Assembly: GCA_958009085.1 (NCBI GenBank)
Contig: OY253681.1
Location: 310,001 to 374,000 of the forward strand
Length of the DNA stretch: 64,000 nt
From: Protoeuglena noctilucae
Lineage: Eukaryota
Direction: 5' to 3'
The notes under the pieces were generated by a model. The model did no database searches. It saw nothing but the letters and a program-made list of their open reading frames with translations, and was not told where the DNA came from. The first letter of the stretch is position 1. The number at the start of each line of letters is the position of its first letter. Positions 1 to 13,500 of the stretch are shown here, in pieces. A program made the position numbers and the translations under genes.

Positions 1-608
1 GGGCGATACCCGCGGCGCTGCTGCTGCTGGGGTCTGAGGACGCTTGGGTCGCAGGGGCGGGCCACGGGCTGCTGCTGAGCATCGTCACGCATGAGGGTGG
101 AGCTGGTGGCACTGAGGGTGGTAACGAGGGTGGGGGCGAGGGTGGCCGCGAGGGTGGCAGTGAGGGGGGCAAGCACTCTACAGTTCCCATCGCTGCTGCG
201 TCGGTGGTGCCTGCCTATGCGACCCGCGCCATGAAGGTGCTGGACACAGGCGAGCACGGGGCGAGGTATCAGCCGTATGTCACTGTCATGGACTGCCAAC
301 GCGCTTTAGCTTAAGCACTGTACTGTCTTGCCCCGCACGCAGTTGCCGCGGCAGACCGTCTGTCAGAGTTTCTGTGTCACGTGCTGGAACACCAAAGCAC
401 GCGTGGCATGGGTCTCGTGGCCGTCCGAGAGCTGAGCGCCGCGGCTGCCTCTGGCGACGCGCGTGCGGTGGGGGCGGGGCGCGTGCTGGGGAGCGTGCTG
501 CTTAGCGTGGCGTGGGAGTGGCTCCCTGGGGTGCTGGAGGAGCTGGGCAGGGCGCGGGGCGCGTGGGGGACGCCGGCGTGGCGGGCACTGCTGGAGGCGC
601 TGGGGTGA
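1..608 (+). CDS. Probable 3' end of an unidentified spliced gene, truncated by the window edge
   Basis: GC-rich coding-like sequence; putative intron near 266-342 (gt...cag); ORF 381-608 ends WRALLEALG*. No recognisable motif. Confidence 0.3.
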
Positions 609-1301
609 GGACGATGCAATCGTGGGGTGTGCATGGGTTTGCATGCTGGGGTGAGGACAATGCATGGGGTGTGCATATGCTGGGGTGACGGCGTGGATGG
701 TGCTGCATGCCATGTCGGGATGAGGATATGAATGGGTTGATGATGCAATCGTGACTGTCGTTGTCACCATTTGCAGTCGGCGCATGGCTGCGATGGACGA
801 CATGCGGAAGAAGCCAGCCGTGGCGGCGTGGGCGCTGCAGCACGCGGGGAGCCTGCTGTGAGAGAGGGGGAGCTGCAACAGCGCACGGATGATGGACAAG
901 CCTCTTTTTAGTGGTGGTTGGAACGGTTTGTTTTAGGTGGCTGAATGGGCATCGTTTGAATCGCACGTCACGCAGAGGGCGGCCAGAGCACGATCAATGA
1001 AGCAAATGCAAGGCGTAAGTAGTGGGCGAATCGATTTGAGAGAGAGAATGGCGCTGCGTAGAGTCGATGGGCGATCCAAACGAGGGCCGCTCTTCAGATT
1101 GTGCGGCGGCGCTTGGCCTCCCGCGCATGGCTGGCGCCCGACACACCCTTCACGAACACGCAGCTCGTGGAATCGAACCTGCGACGCAAAAGGCGGGAGA
1201 TATCAAGGATGACTCATTGCTCCCATGCGCCCCGCACATGGGCCGTCAGCGCCACAACCCACGCGCCCACCCGGCCCCAGCCAGGACCCCACCGGTGTGC
1301 C

Positions 1302-2222
1302 TCACATGAACTCCTCGCTTTCCCACGCGCGCTGCGTGCTCTCCGTGGCCTGGCGGAAGCCCAGCTTCTCCTTCCAGAGCTTGCCGTCGCCATAGTCCAC
1401 GTGCGCGAGGAACTTGTTGATGCCCAGCTTCCCCAGCGCCGGGTCCAGAATCTCCTCCAAAAAGGTCCTCACGGCCGCGTTCGCGCACCTGGGCTCGTCC
1501 AGGTGGATGGCCGCGGACAGCACGACGGCCGTGCTGGGCCCCGCGCCCGTCTTGACCACGGCCCACGAGATCGACCCGACGCAGACCACGGCTCCGCTGC
1601 GCTCCATGGTGATGGTCGCCGTGAAGCGCGGTGCATGGTCCCGCACCGGGAGGCACTTGACCATATAGTCGTGAAGGTGCAGATCGTAGAGCGTGCCGCC
1701 GGGCTCGCCGTCGTCCTGCGCGTCCCGGGGCAGCGCGACCTTGATGCGTGCCTTCAGCCCCGTCTTGAGCCGATGCGTCCCATCCGTGAGGCCGCAGAGC
1801 GCCCGGAGCGGCTCGGCCGCGGCGCCCATGCATGCCGGGCACAGGGGCAGGCGAAGCGTGGTCCGGGTGGCGTTGGCGACCACATCCAGTCCGCTTGGAG
1901 GATTGGGGAGGTCCCCGAGGCACAGGGAGCAGCGGGCGTCGCCATCCGCCGCGGGACCTGCGGGTGCGGGTCGGCCTGGTGAGGCCCACGTCCCAGCGGT
2001 GGTCCCGGCGCCCGCGGGGACACGAAACAAGCAGGCGTGGATGCGGACTGCGCGCCCACGCCGGCTGGGCCGCGTCCGGCGGTCGTAGGGGCACCGCGCA
2101 TCACGCTCTGCCGTGTCGGCCGTGCTTCGTCTGCCAGAGGCACGGTTCGTTGCACGAGAGCAAATTAGATGACGGAGACGTGAGACAGCATGCGTCGCGC
2201 GAAGGCACCGCACCCGGGGCAC
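1302..2222 (-). CDS. GNAT-like acetyltransferase-fold protein with an N-terminal Cys-pair (possible Zn finger) segment
   Basis: 306-aa ORF with CSLC...LCPAC. The C-terminal AVVCVGSI...RTFLEEILDPALGKLGINKFLAHVDYGDGKLWKEKLGFR resembles GNAT motif A/B of IDM1-type domains. Start codon uncertain. Confidence 0.5.
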   Translation of the reverse strand: MPRVRCLRATHAVSRLRHLICSRATNRASGRRSTADTAERDARCPYDRRTRPSRRGRAVRIHACLFRVPAGAGTTAGTWASPGRPAPAGPAADGDARCSLCLGDLPNPPSGLDVVANATRTTLRLPLCPACMGAAAEPLRALCGLTDGTHRLKTGLKARIKVALPRDAQDDGEPGGTLYDLHLHDYMVKCLPVRDHAPRFTATITMERSGAVVCVGSISWAVVKTGAGPSTAVVLSAAIHLDEPRCANAAVRTFLEEILDPALGKLGINKFLAHVDYGDGKLWKEKLGFRQATESTQRAWESEEFM

Positions 2223-2586
2223 CGCACGCCCCCGTGCTGAGCCTCTGCGAGCTCATCTGTGCCGCATACCCAGCCCACGCTCGCCGCCCAATCCGGGAAT
2301 CAGCCAATTAATCGCGCTGGGGCCGTGCTGGCCCGAAGCGCGCTAGCCCTCACCCGGACCCGAGCCCGTCGCCGCGCTCTGCTGCCTCCGGTCGCTCATT
2401 CGCTCCGCCAAAATCGAAGCGGTCTGTCGTTGAGTCTAGGGGGTCGTCGCGGAAGCGGCCCGGCTCTGCGTCAGAAACACCAGCGATGCGAACGGTCATC
2501 ACCCGCAAACAGCCGAGACATGGGCTAAAGGATCCGGGCCAGCTGCGCTGCCGGTGCCGCTCATCCGCCCGCCCAGCCCCCGCACC

Positions 2587-3404
2587 TCAGCCAAGCTCCC
2601 CACCCTCTTCCGCCGCCATCGCGTCGCTCGGCAGCAGCGCCAGCGCCAGCAGCAGGCCCACGGGGGCGAAAACGGCGCTGATCCCGACGCAGACGACGCA
2701 CGCCAACCGCGACAGCCTCCCCGCAAAGTACTGGAGCCACATCCAGCGCGCGGATGCGACGTTCACAGCCAGGATGTGCACCCACAGGCTCGCGGCCGTC
2801 ATCTCGCGGGCGAAAAGGCGAGAGACGCCGTTCACGGAGGGGAAGAATTGCGGACGGAATCCCCCGCGGAGGCCGTCGGCGAGCGAGCCGGGCAGGAGGA
2901 TGGGGAGCGTGTCGGGCTGCCACGACGCCGCGAGCAGCGCCGCGTAGACCAGGGCGAGCGGGGCGATCGGCAGCCAGGAGCGCACGAACGCTGGGGGAGA
3001 TGCGCGCCGGCCCCGTCCCGTCGCCATCATCGCAAGGCAGAGCGCGCCAGCGTAAAGCGTCGACCCGCCGACGGCCAACTCCATCTGCGCGGTCGACAAA
3101 GCGCGGCGGGGTCAGTCAGCGTTTGAAAGTGTTTGCATTCCCTTGCCACGTCACCACGCAGCCGGGGGAATGCGGCTACCGGGGCTCGCAAGCTCACCAG
3201 GCCACCGGCATGGCTCCTGTGGCGCTGGAAGCGACTTTGCGCAGACAATGTGCGCCGATCCGAAGTCCATGCTTCTAAGGCACCGCTACGATGCGCAGGG
3301 GGGAGGCAAGCGCGACGTGGGAGCGCCGGGGCGGGCGACATCCCAACCCCCACGCACTCCCTCGTCAAGGGCCCCAAGCTTCTCCCCGATGCGGTCAGCT
3401 GCAT
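2587..3404 (-). CDS. ABA4: ABA4-like / DUF4281 membrane protein (neoxanthin synthesis family), probably plastid-targeted
   Basis: ORF 2587-3099 has several TM helices and LALVYAALLAASWQPDTL...FFPSVNGVSRLF...ASLWVHILAVN, typical of the family. A transit-peptide-like upstream exon starts at ATG ~3404. Confidence 0.75.
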
Positions 3405-4576
3405 CTTGGCCGGCACAAAGACTCAGGAATGCCCCGATCGGTGCAGTGAGCCGGCGGAAATCGCGCACGAGACCGAGTAAGGCCCAGCAAAGCGTGGATC
3501 GCACTCACGGTCAGCCCGGAGGCCTTCCCTCGACGTTGGCGGACCCAATCGCGTCCGCAAGTCCAGCAGGACCCCTCTTCTCGGCGGCCGCGACGCCAGT
3601 TCTGGCATGACTGGCCGCTGGCGCCCGAGCGCACCTCGCGGGCCGCGCGGGGCCCTCCCCCGCAAAGCATTTAAATCGGCCCACGGGTGTGCGCGCATCG
3701 ATTCTTCCTTGGCCGAGCAGGCCCTCCTCGGGCTCGGCTGGGTCTGTTCGGGGCGACGGGGAGCCTCTGGGCCTCAGCGCCGCGCGGACGGACGCGAATC
3801 GAGGAGTTGCGGCATCGCCGGCGTTCCGGGCCACTCCGTGACGATGGGGCGGGGGAGCAAGCGCGGAGGTGGGCTTGGCGCCCAAGGGGGGCGGGGCCGG
3901 TCCCCGCGCCCCGCGTCTCCTCGCCTTCGCGCAGCGGACCGCCCGATCTCCTCCCCGACCCCGCCTTGTCGCCCGCCACGGCCCCCCTGTCCCGGGCTCC
4001 TGCCCTTTCCCAGGCCCCGCCTCACGGGCCGAGGCGCGCTCTCCCTGCGCCGGGCCCGCGGCCCTTTCCGCGCCCGACACGCTGCGCCAGATGCCGCGCA
4101 GCAGCTTTCGACCATCCGGTCCCACGGCGACCGCCCCGCCGGCGGGGGCAGTTCCTGGGTGGCCGGGGCATCGCGGCAGGGCCCCCTGCCAGCCCCGCGA
4201 CGCCCGAGGCGGGCCCCGCGCCCCGCGCGGACGTCCACCGCGCGACCTGCACCTTTCCTGCGCGGCGCGACGCGCCCCCGCGGACGCATTCCCTGGCTTT
4301 CCCGGGCGCCGGGCGACGTTGCCGCCCTCGCGCGCTGACGGCTCCCGCGCGCCCGGGGGGCTCCTTCCCCGCCATCCGCGCGATCCGCGAGTGCTTTGTT
4401 GTTCCCACATTCCGCATCAGGCCTTTCCAAGCCGGCATCAGGCCCGCAGCGCCGCCGTCAACCTTCGGCCGCAGCGCACCGCCTTGAGCGCTTGCGGGAC
4501 CCGTTTCCCCGCTTCCCTCGCGCGCGGTCCCGCAAGATTGATTGTCACGACTATCCTCGCGGATCTGCATCGTTGT

Positions 4577-7500
4577 ATGCTGCAAAAGCGGCCCTCTCGG
4601 GCGCGGACGGCCCGCCCATGTCGCTGCTGCAAAGGCGTTGCGCTTTTCCGCGATCTCGCTCCCCGCGCCCGCCCCGCAGAGTCTTCCGATGAGGAGGTCC
4701 GCGCGAGCGACGTGTCCGACGATGACGATCTGATGGCGAGCGGGGACGAGGGGGTGGTGGGCGAGGAGGGGGACGGCGGTCCGAGCGACATCGTGGGATG
4801 GCGGGAGCCCGAGAGCGACGCGGGAGGGAGCGAGGACGAGCCGATGCCCGCAGAGGTGAGGAATCGGGGGCGGGCAATGAGAGGGGAACACATCAGAAGA
4901 CATGGTGCTACAGTCATGGCTTGTCCCACTCTGCACCTCTCCATGCCTCACACGCTATTCTTACTGATCACACGTACTGATCACAGTATTGCATCATAGA
5001 ACACAATGACATCGTTCCAATGCCATGATATATGCCAGTATCCCTCCCCTGTGCCCTCAGGGCGATGCCCCCCAGAAGCACCTGCGTGTGTTGGTGGACG
5101 GCCGACGCACGCGCATCCTGGGAGAGGGGCTGGTGAAGCCCCCATCGGCGCCCTACGAGCCGCACAAGCCGCGGGGCCGCGGGCGCCCTATCGACTCCTA
5201 CTCATCTGGGGAGGATGAGGAGGACTACGACGTGCGATCGGACGCGGTTGCGCGTTTGCGCGAGTGGGACGGCGCGGGTGGGGCGGTGGGTGCGGAGGAG
5301 TTGGGATTAGCCAATCGCGATCCCGAGGTGGTGTCCCACCTGGCGTCGGCCTACTGCCTCCTTCGGGCCTTCTCGTGGCAGCTCAAGCTGTCGCCGTTCA
5401 CGTTCGCCGAGTTGGTGGAGGCCGTGCACAGCCCGGGGCCCACGGCGCTCATGGACGAAATGCACGAGGTGAGTTGATGGGGGTAGGGGGGTGAGTTGCA
5501 TGTAACTTGGTGCACTCTCGTCTCGCAAGCACCCCAGCCACACGCACTCCCTGCACACCACCACTTACGCCCCCCCATCCCCACAGTCCATTCTCCGCCT
5601 CCTCTGCGCCAATGACACCAACGCCTTCCGCCAACTACGCAAGCACAACCCGGCTTTGCTTGACTCTGTCACGTGGCCCGAGTACCTGTGGGAGTGGCTG
5701 AAGGTGATGCTCGACCCGAGTGTGCGGTACATGAAGGGGCAGGGGGGGGCAGAGGAGATGGGGGGTGTGGAGGGGGGTGCGGGCGCGGGTGCGGGTGCGG
5801 GTGCGGGTGGGGGCAGGAAGGGGGAGGAGGGTGTGCGGGGGGCGGCGGTGGCGGCGCGGGCGGCGATGCGGGCGATGGCGGATGAGGAGGGGAAGGTGAG
5901 GGGTGGAAGAGAGTGAGGGGTTGTGAGGGGTTGAGGTATGACGAGTGTAGTAGCGAGGTGACATGAGGGGTGGGGATGCGGGCGATGGCGGATGAGGTGT
6001 AGATGAGGCAGATGAGACAACAGGCATTGCTTTACATTATACATCATCTAGTACACCCTGTGCGCCACCTCTATCCAACCCACATCGTGCCCTCCCCTCC
6101 CCCCACCTCAGTTGGAAGATGATGCAAGTATGGACCTCACCCCAGAGGAGCGCGAACTGCACCGATTGCGCGTCACCGCCACCTCCGGGCCTGAGGGGGC
6201 GAGGGGGGCGGCGGCGGTGGAGTGGCACGAGCGGTGCGCGGGGGACGTGGGGGCGTGGGTGGCCAAGGTGAGGAGATGTGAAGCGGGGTGGAGAGGGGAG
6301 AGTTGAGATGAGGGGGTTGTTGGTGTGGGTGTTTGGGGTGCGGTTGCTGTTGTCGTTCATCTTTCACAGCGCTACGTCTCTCACCACCCCTCACACCATC
6401 CCACCCTTCCCCCCCCGCAGCTGCGCCACGCCCCGCACCGCCGCCCTCCCCCCGCCCGCCTCTCCACCCGCCGCCTCGAGTTCTACTCCCTTTCCCCCCT
6501 GGTCAAGGCATCGATTCTCGCCACCCTCTGCGACGACCTTTTGGACACCGGCACGATTCGCAACGAGGTGGCCAGGCGCGAGGGCGAGGGGGAGTGGCAC
6601 ACGGGGCGGGGGGGCGAGGGTGGGGCGTATGCGATGTTTCTGGCGGAGGAAAAGGCGGTGCGGAGGGCGGCGATCGACCGGGCGGACGAAGCGGAGGGGG
6701 CGGTCCCGGAGGACGGGAACGTGGAGGCGTGCGTGTTGTGCGGGCTGGGGGGGAGCCTGCTGGTGAGTGGGGGATGAATGGGGCAGGGCTCATGCATGTA
6801 AGCAAACACCCCGCTCGTCTCGCCACCACCCCCACTCCCACCGCTACCCCCCCCCCCCCCCTCACCCTCACCCCCACCCTCACTGCTACCCTCACCCCAC
6901 CCATCCCTTCCCCCACCCCAGTGCTGCGACGGCTGCCCGGCTTCCTATCACATGCGATGCCTGGGAGAGACCCAACGCACAGTGGTTGTTGATGACGAGT
7001 GGCTGTGCCCCGAATGCACGGCGGGCGGGAGGGGGCAGAGCGCGGGGCTGCGTGTGCCATTCGCGGCTCGCAATGCAATGGGGGAGACGGCCACGATTGC
7101 GCACGGGGCGGCGTTTGTGGCGGGGGTGGCGAGGGGGCGGGGGTATGAGGAGGAGGCGGGGATGCGGTGCCTGGTGGGCAAAGAGGCTCTGGGATGGATG
7201 GGGCAGGCGGGTGAGTGGGGATGGGTGGGGTAGGGGTGGTGAGGGTGTGATGGCGATAGTCTGTGCCACTGCTACCTCCACACCCATCTCAGCCTCACCA
7301 CCCCATGCAAACCACCCATTCCCTTCACACCACCACTCCCCCCCCCCCCCCCCCTCTCTCCCCCCCCCAAGCCACCCTCCCCGTCGACAGCACCCACCCT
7401 CACCCCATCACTCACCCACGCCCCCCACCCCCTCTCCCCCCCAGCCACCCTCCCCATCGACAGCGGCCGCCGCCTGCAGCGCCTCTCCCTCCTGGACCTC

Positions 7501-10500
7501 CCCCATCCACGCAAGGGCGACGGACCCGCCTGCTACCTCAACCGCTACCGCATGGGGTGGCTGGGGTACGCTCTCTTTGTCAAACAGAGCATCGACACGC
7601 TGGAGAGAATATTCAAGCGGGGCAGGAATAATCTGGGGGACATCAAGTTCGTGCCGCTGGCCGACCGGCAGGCGCCGCTGCCAGTCCTGCGGTTTCAGGT
7701 TAGTGATGATGGGGTGTGGGGGATGTGGGAAGTGTGATGTGGGGGATGTTCTCAGGATAGTATAGTAGGGACGAGCTGCCCTTGATTATGCAAAGTGGGG
7801 TGATTGTGTTTATCGACTGTGCGTGAGGCAAAGCACGATGCAACGCAAACGTGATGTCTTTGTTTGTGTGCGAGTCTCCGTCCTCCCCCCCCCCAGTGGC
7901 CCCTCACCTCGCCCGTCTCCGGCACGCACCGCCCCACCGTCAACACCCGGTGCGGCCACTGCGAGGCATGCGAGGCGAACGACGGGCTGCCGTGCATGCG
8001 ACCGGACGCGCCTTATCATTTACTATCATCAAATGCGACTGCGGGGGAGGAGGCGGGGGTGGTGGCGGCCGGGGCGATGTCGCGTTTGGGGGCGGTGGTG
8101 GCGGTGCTGATGAGGATCGAACGGGAGACCTGGGCGCTTTTGGGGGGGTTGTGGAGTGGGGACGTGGGGACGAGGGGTGAGGGGGGGGAATGGGTGATGG
8201 GGGGTGATATGGGGGGGTAGGAGTGTACATGGGTGTGGGGTGATGGTGGTGGGTATGGTTGGTGTATGCAGCAGTGGCGACTAGCTCTCTCACAACCCTC
8301 ACTGCCACCCTCAACACCACCCCCACTGCCACCCCCACTGCCACCCCCACTGCCACCCCCACTGCAACCCCCCACCCTTACCCTTACCACCACCCCCTGC
8401 CACCCTCATCACCACCCCCCCCACCCGCCATAATCCGCAGCCCTGCTGGCATCTGAGGGCGTGGACGGTCTCTTCGACGATTCCTCAATTGAGGCTCGAT
8501 CCCTGGCAGCAGCCATCTACCACAGACAGTGGCAGGGGATGGCAAAGGCGGTGGCGACGGTGGGGGGGGGCGGCGGCGGTGCTGCGGCAGCTGGAGGCGG
8601 CCATGCCGCGGGCGGTGATGCCGCCGGACTGGGAGATGGGTGAGTGGTCAGTGTATAGCAATTGATGATAACATTGATGATAATCGATGGGCAGTTGGTG
8701 ATCGCATTGGTGCACTTCCATCAGCGTGCACTTCCATCAGCCACTTCCCCACCGTCGCCCACACCCCCTCCACTCAACATTGTTACAATCAATTGTAATA
8801 TTGATAATATTATAATATTATATTAAACCCATATCACCTTTTCCCCCAGGCAACGCGGCCCCCCACGGCGTCCTGGAGCACCACCGGGCTTCCCCCCTCC
8901 GCGCCACCCCGGGCGCCCGCCTCAACCACGCCCCCGGTCCATTCAAATCCGCACTGGCGAAGGAAGGACTTTCAGTCATTCGATCCGAACGAGGGCGCTC
9001 CGAGGCTCGGCAAGCGCCACACGGGCAGCGGGGAGCGCAAGCGGCAGCAGGCCCGCGCTCCCCCCGGCTTTGTGGTGGTGCACGGGTATCGGTGCGGCAA
9101 GTGCGGCCCTTGTCTCAACCCGCACTGGAAGCAGGGGTGCAAGCAGCGGTTCGTGCCGGAGGGACAGGGCGGACGAGGTCAAGGCGCAGGTGAGGGGGGT
9201 GTGGGCGGGGTGGGGTGGGGGTTTGTGGTTGGTGGGGTGGGGGGTGTTGTTTTGTACTGATGGGGGTGGGCAGTGGGGGTGGCAGTGAGGGCGGCAGTGG
9301 GGGTGGCAGTGGGGGTGGTTGAAGGGTGGCAGTGGGGGTGGCAATGAGCGTGCGAGTGACTGTCAATCATATATCATAATATAACATCTACACTGATACA
9401 CCATTATCAACCAATGTCTATTATTTAAATCTAATATTCCAACTCCCACACATCCCAAGTCCCCCATCGATTCCCCCCAGGTGGCGGCAGAGAAGGCGGC
9501 CGAAAAGGGACTCCCCCCCGCGCCCCCGCCCCTCACCACGCGCCGGTCTGCCCGCGCGCCCACCACCCCGCGGCGCCGGATATTCCAACGACGGATCCTA
9601 TTCCGGGGATGAGGGGGGTGGGGGTGGCATGGGGGGTGGTCACGGTACCCGGTCATCAAGAGCGGCGGCGGCGGCCGCAGCTGCTGCCTTCCGGCTCACT
9701 CCCGGCCCGGTCGTGCCTGTCGCGAATGGGCTGATCGCCGCGGTGTTGCGGGTGCAGGGGAGGGATGAGGGGGAGGGGGAGGCGGGGGTGCGGAGGGGTG
9801 GCGGGGGCGGGCGGCAGTGGGGTGACGCTGCCAATGCGGGTGTTGGTGATAACAACAACAACAACGCCGGTGATAACGCGGGTGTCGTCGCGACGGTGGC
9901 AGCGGGGGCGTGCGTAGCGCGTGGCCGCCGCACTCCCCGCCTGCGTGCCACCGGCAGCGCCCGCCGCAAGCCCATCGCCCCGTTCCGCTTTCACCCCTCT
10001 CGCTATCTCCCCACGCGCCCCGCTTTCGTGGATTACGGCGAAGTGGCGGCGGCGGCGGAGGCGGCCAAAGCGGAGGCGGCAAAGGCGGCGGCGGCACGTG
10101 CGGGGCCGCCCCCCCGCACTGGCCCAGTCAAGAAATCCAAAGATGGATTGGAGCTGGTGGACGATCTGGGAGCAGAAGCACTCGTGCCGCTGGTAAGTTT
10201 GAATATGGGTGTATGGTATATAAGTGGAGGGTATATGGGTGGGATGTGTGAGGGGGGGCTATATCTCACTCCCCCTTCCAAGCCAATCTAATGTACCAAC
10301 TCTTTGACTCACTCCCCCCCATCCTTCCCAGGCCATGCGCCGCGGCAAGCGCGCTCGCAAGGAGGTGCGGCGGCGCGAGGCTCCCGGCTACGAGGACGAG
10401 CGCAAGGAGGGGGGGGTGGCGGTGATGCCCATGGCCAGCGCGGCGGAGGTGGAGGCGGCGCAGCGGTGAGGATGAGTGGGAGNNNNNNNNNNNNNNNNNN

Positions 10501-13500
10501 NNNNNNNNNNNNNNNNNNNNNNNNNNNNNNNNNNNNNNNNNNNNNNNNNNNNNNNNNNNNNNNNNNNNNNNNNNNNNNNNNNNNNNNNNNNNNNNNNNNN
10601 NNNNNNNNNNNNNNNNNNNNNNNNNNNNNNNNNNNNNNNNNNNNNNNNNNNNNNNNNNNNNNNNNNNNNNNNNNNNNNNNNNATGCCTCACCATATCACA
10701 CATATACTAATTCTTACTCTCTCTTTATCCCTCCCAGGTCCTTCTGGCCGACCAGCTCAGGCCCTACCACCGCCGCTGGCTGCCGGCCTCGGAAGTCCCC
10801 CCCTGGTCGGCCCGCGCCTTCGAGGAGCAGACGAAAACGCGTACTGGCACTCAAAACACTGACACTGGCGGAGGGTAATGACGCTCACGGCGTGGGGTGT
10901 GCCGGGGTCGGTGCGGACCTGCTGGGGCTGGAGGGCGATGAGGGGCGCGTGCATTACCGACGCGCGAGAGGGATGCGATGGAGAGGGGGAGGGGGGGGGG
11001 ACGAGGGGGACGAGGGTGAGTGGGAGGGATAGATATGATTGGTAAGAATGATAGTGTGTGTGTGACCGTGTGTTGGCATTGCTCACGTGCTGCGCTGTGA
11101 GATGTGATATTTACCATACATAATATCATCATATCCCACCGCATCTCCCCCGCAGTGCCCGACAGCGAGGAGGGCCGCGTGTCGAGGGAAGGGGCGGAGA
11201 GGCCGGCCAGGGGGGGGAGGGGGAGGCCCAGGGTGTTCGACCCGGAGGTGATCAGGGATTGGATTGATCTGAGTGGGTGTTGGGAGACGATGACTGCAAG
11301 ACAATTGGTTAACTGTCACTCCTATCTCTGACACAAGAAGTGGAGATATAATTATGAACCATATTCACATGAACATCACATGTCCTCTCTCCCGTCCCCC
11401 CCCCCAGACCGGCGAGCGCCTGCTTTGCGTGTGCCGCACCGTCGACGACCCCTCGCGCCCCACCGCCCCATGCGCGACGTGCGGGGAGCAATACCATTTG
11501 GATTGCCTGGGTTTGACCGATACGGGGCCTTTCGAATGCCCGCGATGCGAGCGGCGGGCAGCGGCGGGGAGGGGGAGGGGCAGGGGGAGGGGGAGGGGGA
11601 GGGGGAGGGGGCGGAAGCGGGCGCGGGGCAGCGACAGCGACGGCGGGGACTCGGAGGTGAGGGGTCGCGGGTTCGAGTCATACGTGGCGGTGCGGGGTTT
11701 TTGTTGCGGGGGCTGCTTGTGTGTTGGGAGGGGGGACTTGGCAATGCGCTTGCAGGCCCGCAGCGCCCGGTCTGTTCAATAGTCACCATCATGTAACAAC
11801 AGATGTTACCAAGTCGCTCATAACTATAATATAATGATAACAATACAACAAATATCTCTCTATCTCCTCCCCCCTCAGTCCGACTGGTCCGGCATGGACG
11901 CCCCCTCCTCCCACCCCCGCTCTTACAATGCAAATGCGAATTTGAATGGGGGAGAGGGGGTGGGGGTGGCGGTGTCGATGGAGGGGCCGGGGAGCTCCGC
12001 GGAGGATCTGAGCAAGGCGCTGGAGTGCGTGAGGTGAGAGGGAGAGAGAGAGAAGGGGGGATGGGTTGTATATGCGATGCGTGTGACCGTCATTGTTTGA
12101 TTGCGACCGTCACATCGTTTGGTTGTATGTCGCTGAATGGGTATGTGCGTATCTGTATATCTGATATATCGACGATAAATATCCTATTCCCGTCCCCCAC
12201 AGGCACGTGATGGAGCTGCCCGAGGCGGAGGCGTTCATCGACCCTGTCCCGGAGGACGTGCCCGGCTACTACGCGGCCACGCGGCACCCCATGGACCTGG
12301 GCACGGGTGAGGGGGGGGGGGGGGGGGGGGGGGGACGGTGGTTGCGCTTCTATAATAGTAATGCATGTTATTATCTGACTGTGTATAATTAACACTCTGT
12401 GTATAGTTAACACGTTTCCTATTCCCACTCCCCCATCCACCGCAGTCGAGACCAACCTTTTGAATGGCAACTACAACCACGTCGCTATTGATATTGATCC
12501 CACAACACCACCTCCCCACTCCCCCAATCGCAGTGGAGCTCAATTTGCTGAACGGCAACTACAACCACGTGAGCGAGGTGCTTCGGGACGTGGAGGTCAT
12601 CTGGCGCAACTGCCGCGGCTTCAACGACCCTGGCAGCGATCTGGCGTCAGACGCGGACGCCTGTAAGGAGGCCATGGACGCCGCGTGGGGGAGGGCGGGG
12701 CTGCCGAGGCAGGCGAGTGTTGGTGATGGGGATTGGATATGATATATATGTTAAAGATGTTATAATCCACTTGCACGTGGTGTGATGTGAGGCCATGGAC
12801 GCCGCCTGGGGGCATGAACCCATCCATCCCTCTCACGCCATCCCATCAATGTTCATCACCACTTCCATTTCATCATTTTTAATTATTCTTTCTCTCATAA
12901 CTGCAGATGGCCCCCTTCGGCAAGCCCTGCATGAACCCGGCCGTGGTGGCGGGGCTGGACGTGGCGGCCGAGGTCATTGATCAAATCCTGGCGATGGAGG
13001 AGGCGCCGCCTTTTTCGGAACCAGGTGAGCGATTTTTGGCATTACTGATATTATTGTTGTTACTGTTACTATTACTGCTGTTATTACTGTCACACTCACT
13101 GCTGTCGTCCCTCGTCACTACCGACTCCACGCTACAGCGCGATTCAATTACATATAATTACGATTATCATCATTAAATAAATACAAATTCTTAAATATAG
13201 TCCCCATAACACCTCCCGCCCGCAGTGACCGACGCGGTGGCCCCCGGCTACAGCGCAGTGGTGCGCCACCCCAGAGACCTGGGCACCATCGCACGGCATT
13301 TGCGACGGGGCAGATACGGTTTCTCCTACGAAGCGTGGCACGACCTGCGCACTGTGTGGGCCAACTGCAGATTGTACAACGAGGGGGGCACGCCCATTGT
13401 CGATATGTGCGACGCGTTGGAGGCAAAAGCACAGGCGGCATGGGATGAGAAGGGGTTGCCGCACTCGGGTGAGGGATTGCGATGGTATGGTTATGGTAAT

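Noticed and set aside
3511..4560. Several long overlapping ORFs upstream of the chromatin gene
   Set aside because: Very high GC suppresses stop codons; the translations are Arg/Pro/Gly/Ala-rich with no domains. Probably promoter or 5' UTR.
8299..8372. CCACCCCCACTG-type repeats as telomeric or mobile-element sequence
   Set aside because: They are low-complexity intronic C-rich tracts that belong to the general intron asymmetry, with no telomere unit, terminal inverted repeat or target-site duplication.
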